Origin: Trypanosoma brucei
Taxonomy: Eukaryota
Assembly: GCA_000002445.1 (NCBI GenBank)
Contig: CP000070.1
Coordinates: 192,001 to 256,000 of the forward strand
Direction of reading: 5' to 3'
DNA length: 64,000 nt
Position numbers and translations under genes: made by a program. Positions 49,677 through 60,763 of this stretch are shown here, piece after piece. Positions within the stretch are counted from its first letter, which is position 1, and every line of letters begins with the position of its first letter. The notes under the pieces are model-generated. The model was given only the letters and a program-made list of their open reading frames with translations, was not told the origin of the DNA and ran no database searches.

Positions 49677-52268
49677 TTGTTTGCTTGTGCGGTAGAGGGG
49701 CGTGCGCTAAAGGACGGCATGACCAGAAATGCTGATGCACACTTTTCTGTTGGGACGGCTGCGAATCGGCAATTGAACGTGCCTGCGCCAAGTCATTTAG
49801 TGACGTGGAGTGCTGACAGCCTTGCACAGAACCAGCCGTCGATCCCCTCACTGGGGAACCTGAACCTTCGCAACCCCGGCATCTGGTCCAAGCGTGAGGA
49901 ATTGACCCCGAGGCGCCAGTCTCCGGTTGTTGCTGCTCGCATGGCCAGGATAGTGAGTAGCAGTAATATATCACCACGCTACACCACCTTTACGCAACGC
50001 TGGTCTCCCGTGTCGCCTCTGGATCTTTCACTCACACAGAGCTCACACCGTGCACAGACAGCGGGCGAGCGGGGGTTCGCATTTATTGCGCGTTATGGAG
50101 GTATTGCGAGGTCTCCGGCGCGCCAGGCGGCCTCTCGTTCGGGTCAGTCACCCGAACTGGAAACAAGTGTTGCAAGCCGCCAAACTTCTCAACACTCCTC
50201 GCTTCCAGTGGAGATGACACCGCGTGACCGATCTTTGAAGCGTCAAATTATAACTGAGCGGAAACTTCGCATCGTTCGACAGGAAAGTAGCACGCCTGGG
50301 GCAAGCAGTTCTAATTTGGCATGTTTGAGTGAGGCTAATGGGTCCAGAACGAGGCTTTTGTCTCAGGAACAGCTTAAAAAGCAGGGGAGCTCGATTCATC
50401 ATGGAGGGGAAACCGGTTTAACCGATAAATCTCCTGTTGCCGCACCGCTCACGGTGGAGCAACTCCTGAGGAAACCTCCTCAGAAGGCCAGTACGTCCGT
50501 GGGACGGCGCGTGCAGACTCCAGAGATTAGCATCTCATTGCGTGGATCGTTTTCTGCAGGAAACGACTCGTTGAGTAGCGCACATGTGGCAGAACTGAGC
50601 ACCACTACCGCTCGCGAGTTGCCTTCCGGTGGCGTTCCATGTGTGGCTCCTCATCGGATGTCAGACAAATCGATGTCTGCCTCCATTTCCTCCTGTGTCC
50701 ATCCGGTAATTGTGCAGCGCCGGCGTTGCAGCGACTGTACTACTAAACCTGCTCCGTCCGCAACAACATCACCTGGGACCATGACAGCGACGACCGCAGG
50801 CGCCACTCCCACTACCAGTAGCAACCGTAGCCAAAGCAGTGTGGAGACGGTGACGGACATTCCCAGTGTTGGTCAAGTGGCTGCACCCTACAATGGGCAG
50901 AAGTCTTCTTTTGTCTCCAGTCGGCTAGTTATGCAGCAGTTTGTACAGCGTTGGAGCAACCATTACGAAGAGAACAAAAAGGCCTATTTCGAGGGAGGAT
51001 ACATGTCAGTCGTACCGGGGAAGAAGCTGAACTCTCGGTATGTAATCGTGCAGAAGCTTGGCTGGGGTGAGTTCAGCACTGTGTGGCTTGCGTACGACAC
51101 TCTGCATACAACCCTTGGGAAACCACATCAGGCATTCGTTGCGGTGAAGATTGCCAAGTGCGACAGTGTTGTGTCCGAGAGCACCCAGTACGAGATCAAG
51201 CTGCTCCGCTATATTGGATCGAATACGCCATCACATGCTCCACTCACAGGTCTGTTGGATTCATTTGAAGTGGCTGGTCAGTATGGTTCGCACACGTGCA
51301 TGGTTATGCCCCTACATGGTTCAAATCTTTTGAGTATTATTGACCAGATGAAGGCCAAGAAGGGTATCCGGAGCCCCTCCGAGATATCCCTGATTAAGGA
51401 GATCGTTGTTTCAATCCTTATTGGCCTTGATGAACTCGATAAGCTAGATGTCATTCACACGGACATCAAACCCGAAAATATCCTTTGCTCATCGTCCGAC
51501 CCCAAGGTGCTTGATACAATTGAGAATTTCTGCCTCCGGAACAAGGATCGCTCGAGCATGGTGCCGGCTGACCGCGTGCGGAAGGCTATGTGGCAGGGGG
51601 ACCCAAATCACTTGGTTTGTATTGCTGATTTCGGTCTATCTGTTGCGCTTAAGCCGTCCAAGGGCCAGGCTGTGACCGGAAAGGGACAAAAGGATGTTGC
51701 TGCGAAGGCCGCTATTGAGAGTAAAAAGGAATTCCCCGTTGAAAAGGCTGGTACTGTGTCAAACGTACGCGGTACGATGATTCAAACGCGTGAGTACCGC
51801 GCCCCTGAGATCCTTATGGGGATGGATTTCAACACCCGCACCGATATTTGGAGTGTTGGTTGCATGGTGTATGAGCTAATTACGGGAGAGTTCCTCATGG
51901 ACCCGAAGCGTCGTACAAGGAATGAACGCATGATGGACGTGGAGCACCTTGCCATGATGATGCAAATACTTGGTCCTGTTCCTGAGAAGATAATCAAGCT
52001 TCGAGAGGGATGTGGTAACGGCAAACCCCCTCCTCGCTACATCCATCGCTACTTCGATGAAAACAATCGTTTCATATACAGCGATAAGTACAGACTTTAC
52101 CCGCGTCGTCACATTGACAGGGAGTTGCAGGCATATCTTCCTCCTGCAGAAGCGAAATCGGCAGCGGCCTTTATTGTGGGCTGCCTCGCTTCCTATGAAC
52201 CAACTTCTCGCCCGTCAGCTGGAGAGATGCTTAACCACACGTGGCTGTATGATGCCACCAACAACTGA
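49677..52268 (+). CDS. serine/arginine-rich protein-specific kinase (SRPK)-like CMGC protein kinase with a long S/T/P-rich N-terminal extension
   Basis: Kinase subdomains LGWGEFSTVWLAYD (SRPK-type glycine loop), VAVKIAK, HTDIKPENIL, DFG, REYRAPE and DIWSVGCMVYEL, with spacer inserts typical of SRPKs. The first ~430 aa are low-complexity. Confidence 0.85.
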   Translation: MFACAVEGRALKDGMTRNADAHFSVGTAANRQLNVPAPSHLVTWSADSLAQNQPSIPSLGNLNLRNPGIWSKREELTPRRQSPVVAARMARIVSSSNISPRYTTFTQRWSPVSPLDLSLTQSSHRAQTAGERGFAFIARYGGIARSPARQAASRSGQSPELETSVASRQTSQHSSLPVEMTPRDRSLKRQIITERKLRIVRQESSTPGASSSNLACLSEANGSRTRLLSQEQLKKQGSSIHHGGETGLTDKSPVAAPLTVEQLLRKPPQKASTSVGRRVQTPEISISLRGSFSAGNDSLSSAHVAELSTTTARELPSGGVPCVAPHRMSDKSMSASISSCVHPVIVQRRRCSDCTTKPAPSATTSPGTMTATTAGATPTTSSNRSQSSVETVTDIPSVGQVAAPYNGQKSSFVSSRLVMQQFVQRWSNHYEENKKAYFEGGYMSVVPGKKLNSRYVIVQKLGWGEFSTVWLAYDTLHTTLGKPHQAFVAVKIAKCDSVVSESTQYEIKLLRYIGSNTPSHAPLTGLLDSFEVAGQYGSHTCMVMPLHGSNLLSIIDQMKAKKGIRSPSEISLIKEIVVSILIGLDELDKLDVIHTDIKPENILCSSSDPKVLDTIENFCLRNKDRSSMVPADRVRKAMWQGDPNHLVCIADFGLSVALKPSKGQAVTGKGQKDVAAKAAIESKKEFPVEKAGTVSNVRGTMIQTREYRAPEILMGMDFNTRTDIWSVGCMVYELITGEFLMDPKRRTRNERMMDVEHLAMMMQILGPVPEKIIKLREGCGNGKPPPRYIHRYFDENNRFIYSDKYRLYPRRHIDRELQAYLPPAEAKSAAAFIVGCLASYEPTSRPSAGEMLNHTWLYDATNN

Positions 52269-54016
52269 GGTGAAAGTACTGGTTCCCTGAGAGCGATAGC
52301 AATACAATCACCCTTCTTCACAATTCCGCTGTGATCTATATTATTTGTTTGATGTATTGGTCATTTCGGCGGTCTTGAGGCTAGTATGGAAAAGGAAGCA
52401 CGGAGATACAGGTGTCTTGGTCGTTGCAACTGGTTTAGTGCACAGAGGAGGATGGAAAGATATAATTAAAGGGTGACCGCTGGCGGTTGCGAGTTGGTCG
52501 AGAAGAGTTACGACCTGATGAAAGTGACGATTTGGGAACGGTAGGAGTGAAGAGGAGGGCCGCCCACAAGGCCGTTATTTCCACTATGTAATAATTTTAA
52601 AATGGTGGGGAAAATAAGGCAAGAAGGAAAAAAAAAATAAGAATAAGAAAGGCACGTACAGTTGAAGATTTTGATTTGTTGCCCTAACTCGTTCCCGCTT
52701 GTTAGTGTAAACCTTCCCCTTCGCGCTAGACTAAAGGGTTAAAACCCTGAGGTGAAGGACTGAAGGCTCTCCTTGTATATGTATTGGTATACTAATTTGA
52801 GTTGTCAGCACATATACTTATATACTTGAATATATGCGCATGCACGTGTGCGTGTATGTGTGTGGGTTTACACGACTGCTAGGTGGGCGCGATGGAGATA
52901 TACTTATGTTATCATGTGTGCTGTGGATGTTCGTGTTTTCAAATACACGTTGATTTGTTTGTGTTTGTGCTTGCGTTTTTTTTATGCCCTTAAATTTCAT
53001 CTCTTCCGTTTTAATATGTGCGTTTGATATGAGTTAGTTGCTGTTCACGCAGGGGAGTACAGGGCTACAAAAGGCTCACTGATGAAGGTAGAGTGACCTT
53101 CCCTGTTCTTTTCGGGAAAACGTGTGAGAGAAATGCAAAGGAAGAAGAGAAAATGATAATGATTGTAATAACAAATTGGTGAGATAGAATAAAAAATTTA
53201 AGTGAAAATGAAGGAGTGTGGTGGATACAGTACGTTTGTGTTTGTGTGTAGTGGAGTTGTTTTGGAGTCGGTGTGCTGAAAGGAATGAGAGGTGGAAGCA
53301 ATAAAAGTGAGAGAAAAGTATGTTATACGGAGCGGAGAAGAGAGAGAAAGAAGGGGGGAGGGACGGGGGAATTCACTGAGGGGGCGCGTGTGATGCTGCA
53401 TCATTTCCAAAAAAGGGTTAAATGGTTCCGTGTATCAGCTTGGTTTCCCCTGAGGAGAAGCTGTGTTGTACTCCACAAAGTGGGTAGAACTATCACTATG
53501 CATTTTCAGATGGCTTTTAACACACACACGCATAGTTCTTTGAATGGGTTCGGCTGTTCATAACACGGTTGTGCAAATACTTGTTTATCCTTGCGCATGC
53601 ATACTCTGTTTCTATGGGTCCTCTTTTGTGCTTCAGTTTGCCTAACAATGCAGTTTACCCTTCTGCGTATTTGGGTGTGCGTGCGTCTTCTCTGGTGCCG
53701 TTACCCTCATTGTTTTCTGTATCGGTTGCACTTCATTTTTTGCATCCGTTCTCCCCTTGTTTTCCTTTCGCTTTTATGCCTTTTTTGTTTTGGGGGACCC
53801 CAGGTGTGCATGACGATGCGTTGTTCTTTTTTTCCCCCCCGTTAGTCATTCATTTCTCCCCGTTTTCGTTGATTTTTTCCCTATCTACAATGCACGTGTA
53901 CATATGTCTGCAGTGTGCGGTATCATGTATGACATGTTAACCAATGACGAGGTAAAGATTTGACGTCTGGGAACCAACACGCATCCCCTCTCACGCTCCC
54001 GTATTCGTCCCCCCTT

Positions 54017-54080
54017 TACTTTCTGTGTTCTTTTTCTTTTCTTTTTTCTTTTCTTTTTTTCTTTTCTGTTTTTTTTTTTA
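54017..54080 (+). repeat. long T/C tract with (TTTTC)/(TTCTT)-like pentamer periodicity
   Basis: ttctttttcttttcttttttcttttctttttttcttttctgttttttttttta. Confidence 0.85.
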
Positions 54081-55208
54081 CTAATAGTTTATCTAACTTC
54101 ACTTTCTGCCACGACCACTCCCCGTCTCTTCCCGCTTGTCACTGCAGGGGAGAGTCGAGGGGGTGTTGCGACGCTCGTTTGGGACGAAGCGATTATTCAC
54201 GTAATGTGCCTCTCCTCCCTTTTGTCACAACTGATCCCGTCGGCAAGAGTGGCTTTTTTTTAAAAAAAATTCCCCTTCTTTTTTTTTCCCATTCATTACT
54301 TCTTTTCCCTCATATTCTGTGTTTTTCTTCCCCCTTTCTTCGGTAACACAGTTTATATTGTTTTGTAAGGCACCAGGCGTAACGTACGTGCCGTTTAATA
54401 TGAGAAGATATATAGTAACAATAATAATGATGGTTTTCTGTTTCTTCTTTTTTTCATTTGTGAGCCGGAAAAAAAAACCTACTATCCCACCTGCAATTTT
54501 TTCCCCTTTATATTTATTAATATTGTTAGTATTCTTCTGACTACCATTATTATTATTATTATTACTATCACTATCACTATTGATTTTATTGTTATTGTTA
54601 TTCTTGTCATTTGGATCATTTTGTCCCCTCCACCGCATATGCTTTTTTTTTTTATTGGATGTGTTGAGTGGAGGGCTGCGAAACTAATGATATGGCCTCT
54701 CATTTGACAAGTGATTTCATTCGTAGTGGAAAGAAGCGAACGAATAGACGCAACAAATTGAAAACGGGTAGGCGAAGGAAAGGATGTATTTTTTTTTTTA
54801 AAAAAAAAAATGGAGTTTTCTCGCCTTGTGAGAGTATATAGGATCAGAAAGAGAGAAAGAGAGGGCAAAAAAAAAAAAGAAAGAAAAGGTGGAAGAAGAA
54901 GGAGGCGTTACATCACGGAAAGGAAGTTAACATTGTTTTGCGCCATCCGTTTCAAAGCTTTACGTACCCGCATGTACATAATCGTAAATAGTCCGCGGAT
55001 AGCGGATGCGCGGACTTGCAGTTAGTAAGGGTTTGGGAGAAGAAGATGTTTAATGGGGTGTAAAGTTTTTGATGTATGTGTGTGTGGTTATTAATATGAG
55101 TATATGGTGAGAAGAATATGGAAAGGAAAAAGGGGTGTAACGGAGTTTGGGTTCGGTGGCTGTAATTGGCTTTGGGCGCCGTTACTCCTCATAGTTTGAA
55201 AGCATCCA

Positions 55209-55246
55209 TTTTCTTTTCTTTTCTTTTTTTTCTTTTTTTTTTTTTT
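55209..55246 (+). repeat. T/C tract ending in T14
   Basis: ttttcttttcttttcttttttttctttttttttttttt. Confidence 0.85.
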
Positions 55247-58200
55247 AAACAGTCTCTTCGGATTCTTGTTTGCCATGTATATGAGTTTTTATTCACTCCC
55301 CACCCACTACCTTTTTCCCTCCGCAACGTCCCCTGCAAACCTGTTTTTTTTCCCCTTAATCCTTCTATCTTACCTGTTGTTCCTTTTTTTTTTTGGTTCT
55401 GTTGGTTAACTTCCGGGTTATCCACCAGCATCACTTGCTCTCATCCTGTAATTATAGTTTTTCAGGGACAGCACCTCGCAATGTATCGAAAGAACAAAAA
55501 TGGCATGAACGATGGGTTTGTACTTTCAGTGTGGGGAAAGGGTGTGGGTGGGAGGAGTGTAGAAGGATTTATGAACTTGGGTCTTCTTTATAAATAAATA
55601 ATATATATATATATACAAATTTGAGCGGTGCCAGCAGTGATTTTTTTTTTTCTTTGGTGGTGAGGAGGGAGGATTTCGTACGCAGCGTCGCGTGTTGCCT
55701 CCTCCGTTTTGTTTCACCTTTTGAACTTGTTGTGCTGTTAGGTGACAGTGAGAGGAAACTTTTTATGTATGTAAAAGGAGGCTGTGCAAACCTGAAGATA
55801 TGTATGGTGAGTTAGGGATACATCAGAAGGAAAGTGAAAAATCAAGTAAAGAGGTAAATGAGTGCATGTGCGGGTCGATGGAAGGGAGGTGAAAAAAAAA
55901 AAAGGAGAGATAAACATACGTATGAGTGTACCACTGCTTCAAGAGGTGTGATTTCTCAACACAGAGGAAATTTACTTTCCTCCACCTCTTTTTTATTTTA
56001 TTTTGTTGTTCCCCAAAGAATTAGTGCAGGGTATCGCCCAGTTTTTGTTGCCTGTTTCACTGCTGCTTCCTCTCTTTTTTTTTTTTCTTTACTTCATTCG
56101 TTGTGTCGGTCTTAGCCTGCTTTCGTTCGTGCCTCGGTTAGAATCACTGGCTATAACTGTGTCTCCATTGTGAATGTTTTTTGTCTTCCCCCGCTTTATC
56201 CCTTTGTTTGAATCAAAGCTGCTTTCTTCTTCCCCTCATCATCCTTTCACCATCTTTTTTTTTCCCCCTTCTTCTTCTTCCGTTGAATGATTGCACGACC
56301 CCCTTTTACCTTTTTCGTGTATAGATAATTTCCACAACAACTTTACATAACCCCGCGCATAGCATCGGTTATAGCCTATTACAGGCTTTTTCAAGTGATG
56401 TAAGTTCTGCGAGAGGTGTGTGGGTTAAACAAGGTGTAAAATGTGGTTTCTTTAAACACCCAAATTGAGGTGCTGGAGTCCCCCACATCACCACTTTACC
56501 CACCGCTACTGTTTTTTTTTTTGCCTTTTGTTTTGTTTTGTTCAGGGATAAGGCATCATATGCAACGATTGAGAAGCAGTCAAGCTTGCTTATGGTCGGG
56601 GAGGACATTTTGTGTTACCTCTTGCATTTTTTCCCCCTCCCCCTCCCGTGACGTTACATGGTTGAAGGTGAGAGAAGCTGAAAACAACGGACGTGTTGTA
56701 AAGTGAAGTGAAGCGAAGTGGAGTGGAGTGCTGCGTGTATGACTGTGGGATAGTGAGCTGAAGTTGGGGTTGCACTTCAGTACTGCAGCGTGTTTCTCGG
56801 TTTCTCTTTCTATTTCTGTGTGTGTGTGATTGCATTTGTGTTTATACGTGTATGTGTGTAAACGAAAAAAGGTTACCTGGTAGGAGTTAAGGTGTGCGGT
56901 GAGGGGCTTCTCAACATTTTCGGTTTGACTGCTTCCCTTCAGTGGAGCGTAATATCGCCCTTCTATTATCCGCATCTTCCTCTTCAGTATTCTTGAAAGC
57001 CGTGTTGAGCGACATGTGCTGATGGGACACACGGATTTCAAAAAAAAAAAGAAGGGAATGGAGCGTGTATGTATGCATGAAAGTGTGAATGACGGAGGAT
57101 GCGTATCTTACCTGACTTTACTTGATAGCGGTAAGGGAGAGCAGTGGGAGAGCGAAATGAAGGAAAAATGTGGTTAAGTGCACGGAGCAAAAAAAAAAAA
57201 AAAAGAAGGGATATAAAGTCCGTCATTGTAGTGGTGAAGGTGGAAAGAGGTAATTACGGAAAGAAAAAGGAAAGGTGAGCAATGCTGTCGGAAGGGTGTC
57301 ACAAGCTGAAAGAAGGAAATCTATGACGTAATGCGGCTGTTGTGTTTTCAAATACAGAGTTGTGGTAGGTATTCATAGATCCCTTCCCTCCCTCTTTACA
57401 TATATAAATATATATTTTACGACGTGGTGTTCACTGCCTCCAGTTCCTCATTTTTTTTTCTTGTGTTGCTCGCTTTGCTTTTTTCCCCCTGTGGTTACAC
57501 GGTGTTGTTTTTCCATTCGTCCTGATTCCAACCTCTTCCCTCTCACGGTGCTTCGGCGTCGTTTTGATTTGATGCTTGTGGTTCATTGGTTTCCTTGCAG
57601 TTTTTTGCCATCTGGTTAGTTGGTTGGCTCCTTCCTCCTTGTTGATGAACTGTCCACTTGTTTCGCAGTGCGAGTTGGTGAAACGGCGTGTGCTGTTCTG
57701 AAAAGTGTGTGGTCCCGTCGCTGCACTGCCATCTCACTTATCAGTTTGTTGCGCAGACTATCGTCGGCTAATGCTCTTTTTTTTTTTTCCACCATTCCCT
57801 GTCGTTGCTTACCTTTTGTAATCTTTCAAAGTCGTGTGATTCATCCCTACCTTAATTCTGTTATTTACATAACGAATTTTGTGTTCATTTTCAGCGTTGG
57901 TACCATCATTCTCATTCCTTCAACTTCTCATGGTCCAACAGGTGTGCAGAATGTGTGTATCGGGAAGCGGATTTAGCGGTGTGAGAGAGAGAGGGCGTGT
58001 GACCACATTAAAGGGGTGACGGCATTGATGCAAAGCAAACGAGAAGAAAGAGGATGAAAGGCAAAAAAAAGAAAAAAGAAATAATAGTTGAAAAGGTGAG
58101 GTGGGTACATATCACTCGTCCCACTTACAGTCGCTAAAAAGGGGGAAAAGAAGCAGAAGAAATTGAATTCAATTTAGCATCCCGAGTTCTTGGGTGCGTT

Positions 58201-58549
58201 GTTGATGTGGTTGGAGGGGGGAAAGTGGAGGACAGAGCTTCGGTTATATTGTATACGTTTGTATATATACATATATTTATGCATATGCACACCTGTGCTT
58301 GTGGGAGATTGTACGTCAAATAAGACTTACATGGACGGAAGGAAAAAAAAAAGAAGAAAAGAAGTTAGCAAGAAAAGGGGAACAGGTGATTGAGATTGTC
58401 CGCCTTTTATATTTTCTTCAGGACCTCTACTCCGCAGGAGTGATCTTTCCCCATACCATTATTCTTCACGTCGCACCACACTTATTGAAAATTTGGGTTA
58501 CTGGCAATAGCTTTTCGTGATCACAGTAGATTATTTTGTCTTATGCGAT

Positions 58550-58640
58550 TAAGAGAACAACCGCATCTGTACTTTACGCTTTACTCCTTCTACCTCACTT
58601 GATTTATGTCTGAATTTTTTGTTCCCCCAGTAGCAACACC
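58550..58640 (+). promoter_or_regulatory. polypyrimidine tract upstream of NMD3
   Basis: ctttacgctttactccttctacctcacttgatttatgtctgaattttttgttccccc. Confidence 0.4.
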
Positions 58641-58708
58641 GATATAAGGGGGGCCTCTGCATTGAGAGCTAAATCGTAAGGACTAAGGGTTACTGTGCGG
58701 CTGATCGC

Positions 58709-58740
58709 GCACACGCGCACATACACACACACACACACTG

Positions 58741-58774
<34 letters not shown>

Positions 58775-58775
58775 T
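58709..58775. repeat. compound (CA)n-(TA)n microsatellite abutting the NMD3 start codon
   Basis: gcacacgcgcacatacacacacacacacactgacacacacacatatatatatatatatatatat. Confidence 0.9.
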
Positions 58776-58778
58776 ACA

Positions 58779-60407
58779 ATGGATCTCGATGACGAGTTCA
58801 TTACAAACCGCAGTGAGGCCACCATTCCAAAGGTCCTCTGCTGCGTGTGTGGGCTCCTCATTGACAGTAACCCGAGCAACATGTGTAGCAGCTGCCTACG
58901 CTCTCACGTTGATATCACAGAGTCTGTGCAAAAAGAATATATAATTGTGTATTGTCCCGAGTGCAGCCGCTATTTGCAACCCCCACAATACTGGACTCGA
59001 GCGGATCTAGAAAGCCGTGAGCTCCTTACCATCTGCCTCAAGCGTGTGAAAGGTCTCAGTCGAAACGTTTTCAAACTTGTTGACGCCAAATTTATATGGA
59101 CGGAACCACATTCCAAGCGCCTGAAAGTAAAATTGGTGCTTCAGAAGGAGGTGATGAGCAATATCGTGATTCAGCAAGCGTGCGTTATTGAGTATGTTGT
59201 CGTGTGGCAACAGTGTCCAACCTGTCAGAAGGTGGCTACCGGGCAGCCTCAGTGGGACGCTTGCGTTCAGCTGCGGCAGAAAGTTGCGCATAAGAAGACG
59301 TTTCTTTATCTTGAACAACTCATTCTGAAGCACAAGTTACAGGAAAATTTCATTCGAGTCGAGGCACAGCCCGATGGATTGGACTTCTTTTTTGCACACA
59401 AAAGTCACGCCTTGAACTTTTTGGAGTTTGTCAGTCGCAATAGTCCTGTCACGCGCCGCGATGCCGTACAGCTAGTCTCACACGATAGCAAGAACAATAC
59501 CGCGGTTCAGCATCATACCTTTTCTCTCGAAATTGCTCCCTTGTGCCGTGAGGATCTTGTACTGCTACCTTACCAAAGTTACTACCTGAAGCTTGGCGGA
59601 CTTGGACCTCTCGTGCTTGTCCACAAGGTTTACAGCAGTGTTGTCCTTGTCGATCCTCGGACGCTGCGGGCCAATGAGTTCACAGGGACGTATTATTGGA
59701 AGAAGCCCTTTCTTCCTCTCATGAACTCTCGCGAAATGACGGAATTTTACGTGCTACAGTGTACACCAACTGGTGTAACGAATGGTCGCTATCACTTAGG
59801 TGTTATTACCGTCTGTCTTTCCAGTGAAGTCGGCTACGGACGCGAATGGATCGTCACATCCCACTTGGGTGGGCTTCTGCAGCCGGGTGACCTTGCAATG
59901 GGTTACTTACTGGAAGGCAGAACCTTCAACCATGAGGAATGGGAAAACAACAAGTATAAGCAAGACCAGTTGCAAGAGGTGGTGCTTGTGAGGAAGCACT
60001 TTCCGGCGCAACGCGCTCGTCGCCACAGGCGGAACTGGAAGTTAAAGCGGTTGGATGTTATGGATCCTTCTTGTGCTGAACGCAACGCAAGGCGGCAGGA
60101 AGAACAGGAGGAGGAGCGGCTTGAGTTTGAGGACGAACTGGAGCGAGATGTGGAACTTCGCCGTGATGTACCCATCTATAAGATGCTTGATAGTGAATTA
60201 GCTGAGCGGGTGGTAAAGAAAAATGAAGGAAAAGGAAATGCCAACCCTGAGAATGAGTGTGATGACGACGCGGACGAGGCGCCGCAGATAGCATTGGAGG
60301 AGATGTTGGACGAACTTAGGCTTAGTGACGATGATGAGACCGCTGCTGCCGACGATGAAGAGGCATCCGTCGAAAACGCCAGAAAAAAGAAACGGCCTGA
60401 GGTGTAA
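58779..60407 (+). CDS. NMD3: NMD3 (60S ribosomal subunit nuclear export adaptor)
   Basis: N-terminal 4-Cys clusters CCVCG...MCSSCLR...CPECSRYLQPPQYW, with the rest collinear with NMD3, and an acidic C-terminal tail. The ORF-finder start at 58695 would read through a (CA)n(TA)n microsatellite (THTHTDTHTYIYIYI), so the Met at 58779 (MDLDDEF) is used. Confidence 0.9.
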   Translation: MDLDDEFITNRSEATIPKVLCCVCGLLIDSNPSNMCSSCLRSHVDITESVQKEYIIVYCPECSRYLQPPQYWTRADLESRELLTICLKRVKGLSRNVFKLVDAKFIWTEPHSKRLKVKLVLQKEVMSNIVIQQACVIEYVVVWQQCPTCQKVATGQPQWDACVQLRQKVAHKKTFLYLEQLILKHKLQENFIRVEAQPDGLDFFFAHKSHALNFLEFVSRNSPVTRRDAVQLVSHDSKNNTAVQHHTFSLEIAPLCREDLVLLPYQSYYLKLGGLGPLVLVHKVYSSVVLVDPRTLRANEFTGTYYWKKPFLPLMNSREMTEFYVLQCTPTGVTNGRYHLGVITVCLSSEVGYGREWIVTSHLGGLLQPGDLAMGYLLEGRTFNHEEWENNKYKQDQLQEVVLVRKHFPAQRARRHRRNWKLKRLDVMDPSCAERNARRQEEQEEERLEFEDELERDVELRRDVPIYKMLDSELAERVVKKNEGKGNANPENECDDDADEAPQIALEEMLDELRLSDDDETAAADDEEASVENARKKKRPEV

Positions 60408-60689
60408 AGGCGAGATCTAATTAAAAGACGGAAACTGCACCACCGCAGCAGGGAAATCCAATTACATGGCTACCGGGGAGGGGAAAAGGTTTGCCACGTG
60501 TGTAATGTAGGGGTTCCCTTCTCTGTGTGTTTGTGTGTGTGATGTTTGCGCATAAAAATCTTTTGTTATTAATACGGTACGTTAATCGAGGACACTATAT
60601 ATAAATTTATTTTCTAACCTCAGTGTTACCTTGCTTCAGGTGCTTCATGGGGTCAGGATTCCAACGAGTTCAAGACTTTATATCCCTTA

Positions 60690-60735
60690 ACCCCGCTTAG
60701 CTGTTTTATCCTTTCATTTTTCGTTTCTGCCGTAG
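60690..60735 (+). promoter_or_regulatory. polypyrimidine tract upstream of the 972-aa hypothetical gene
   Basis: ccgcttagctgttttatcctttcatttttcgtttctgccg. Confidence 0.35.
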
Positions 60736-60763
60736 TAGACAAAATCAATACTTACAGAGGTGT

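Larger units (their letters stand above)
52269..58778 (+). other. about 6.5-kb ORF-free interval (long UTRs and/or non-coding transcript region) with alternating purine-rich and pyrimidine-rich blocks
   Basis: No ORF above 153 aa on either strand, and the listed ORFs are low-complexity artefacts. The composition alternates between G/A-rich blocks and T/C-rich blocks about every 400-700 bp. Confidence 0.5.

Noticed and set aside
53273-57041. ORFs of 60-153 aa inside the 52.3-58.8 kb interval (for example 53569-53940, 54225-54638 and 56580-57041)
   Set aside because: They are extremely low-complexity, poly-N/poly-F/poly-K translations of microsatellite and homopolymer tracts. They have no coding periodicity or motifs.
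58695-58778. Upstream extension of the NMD3 ORF
   Set aside because: It is encoded entirely by a (CA)n(TA)n repeat and is not homologous to NMD3 N-termini.
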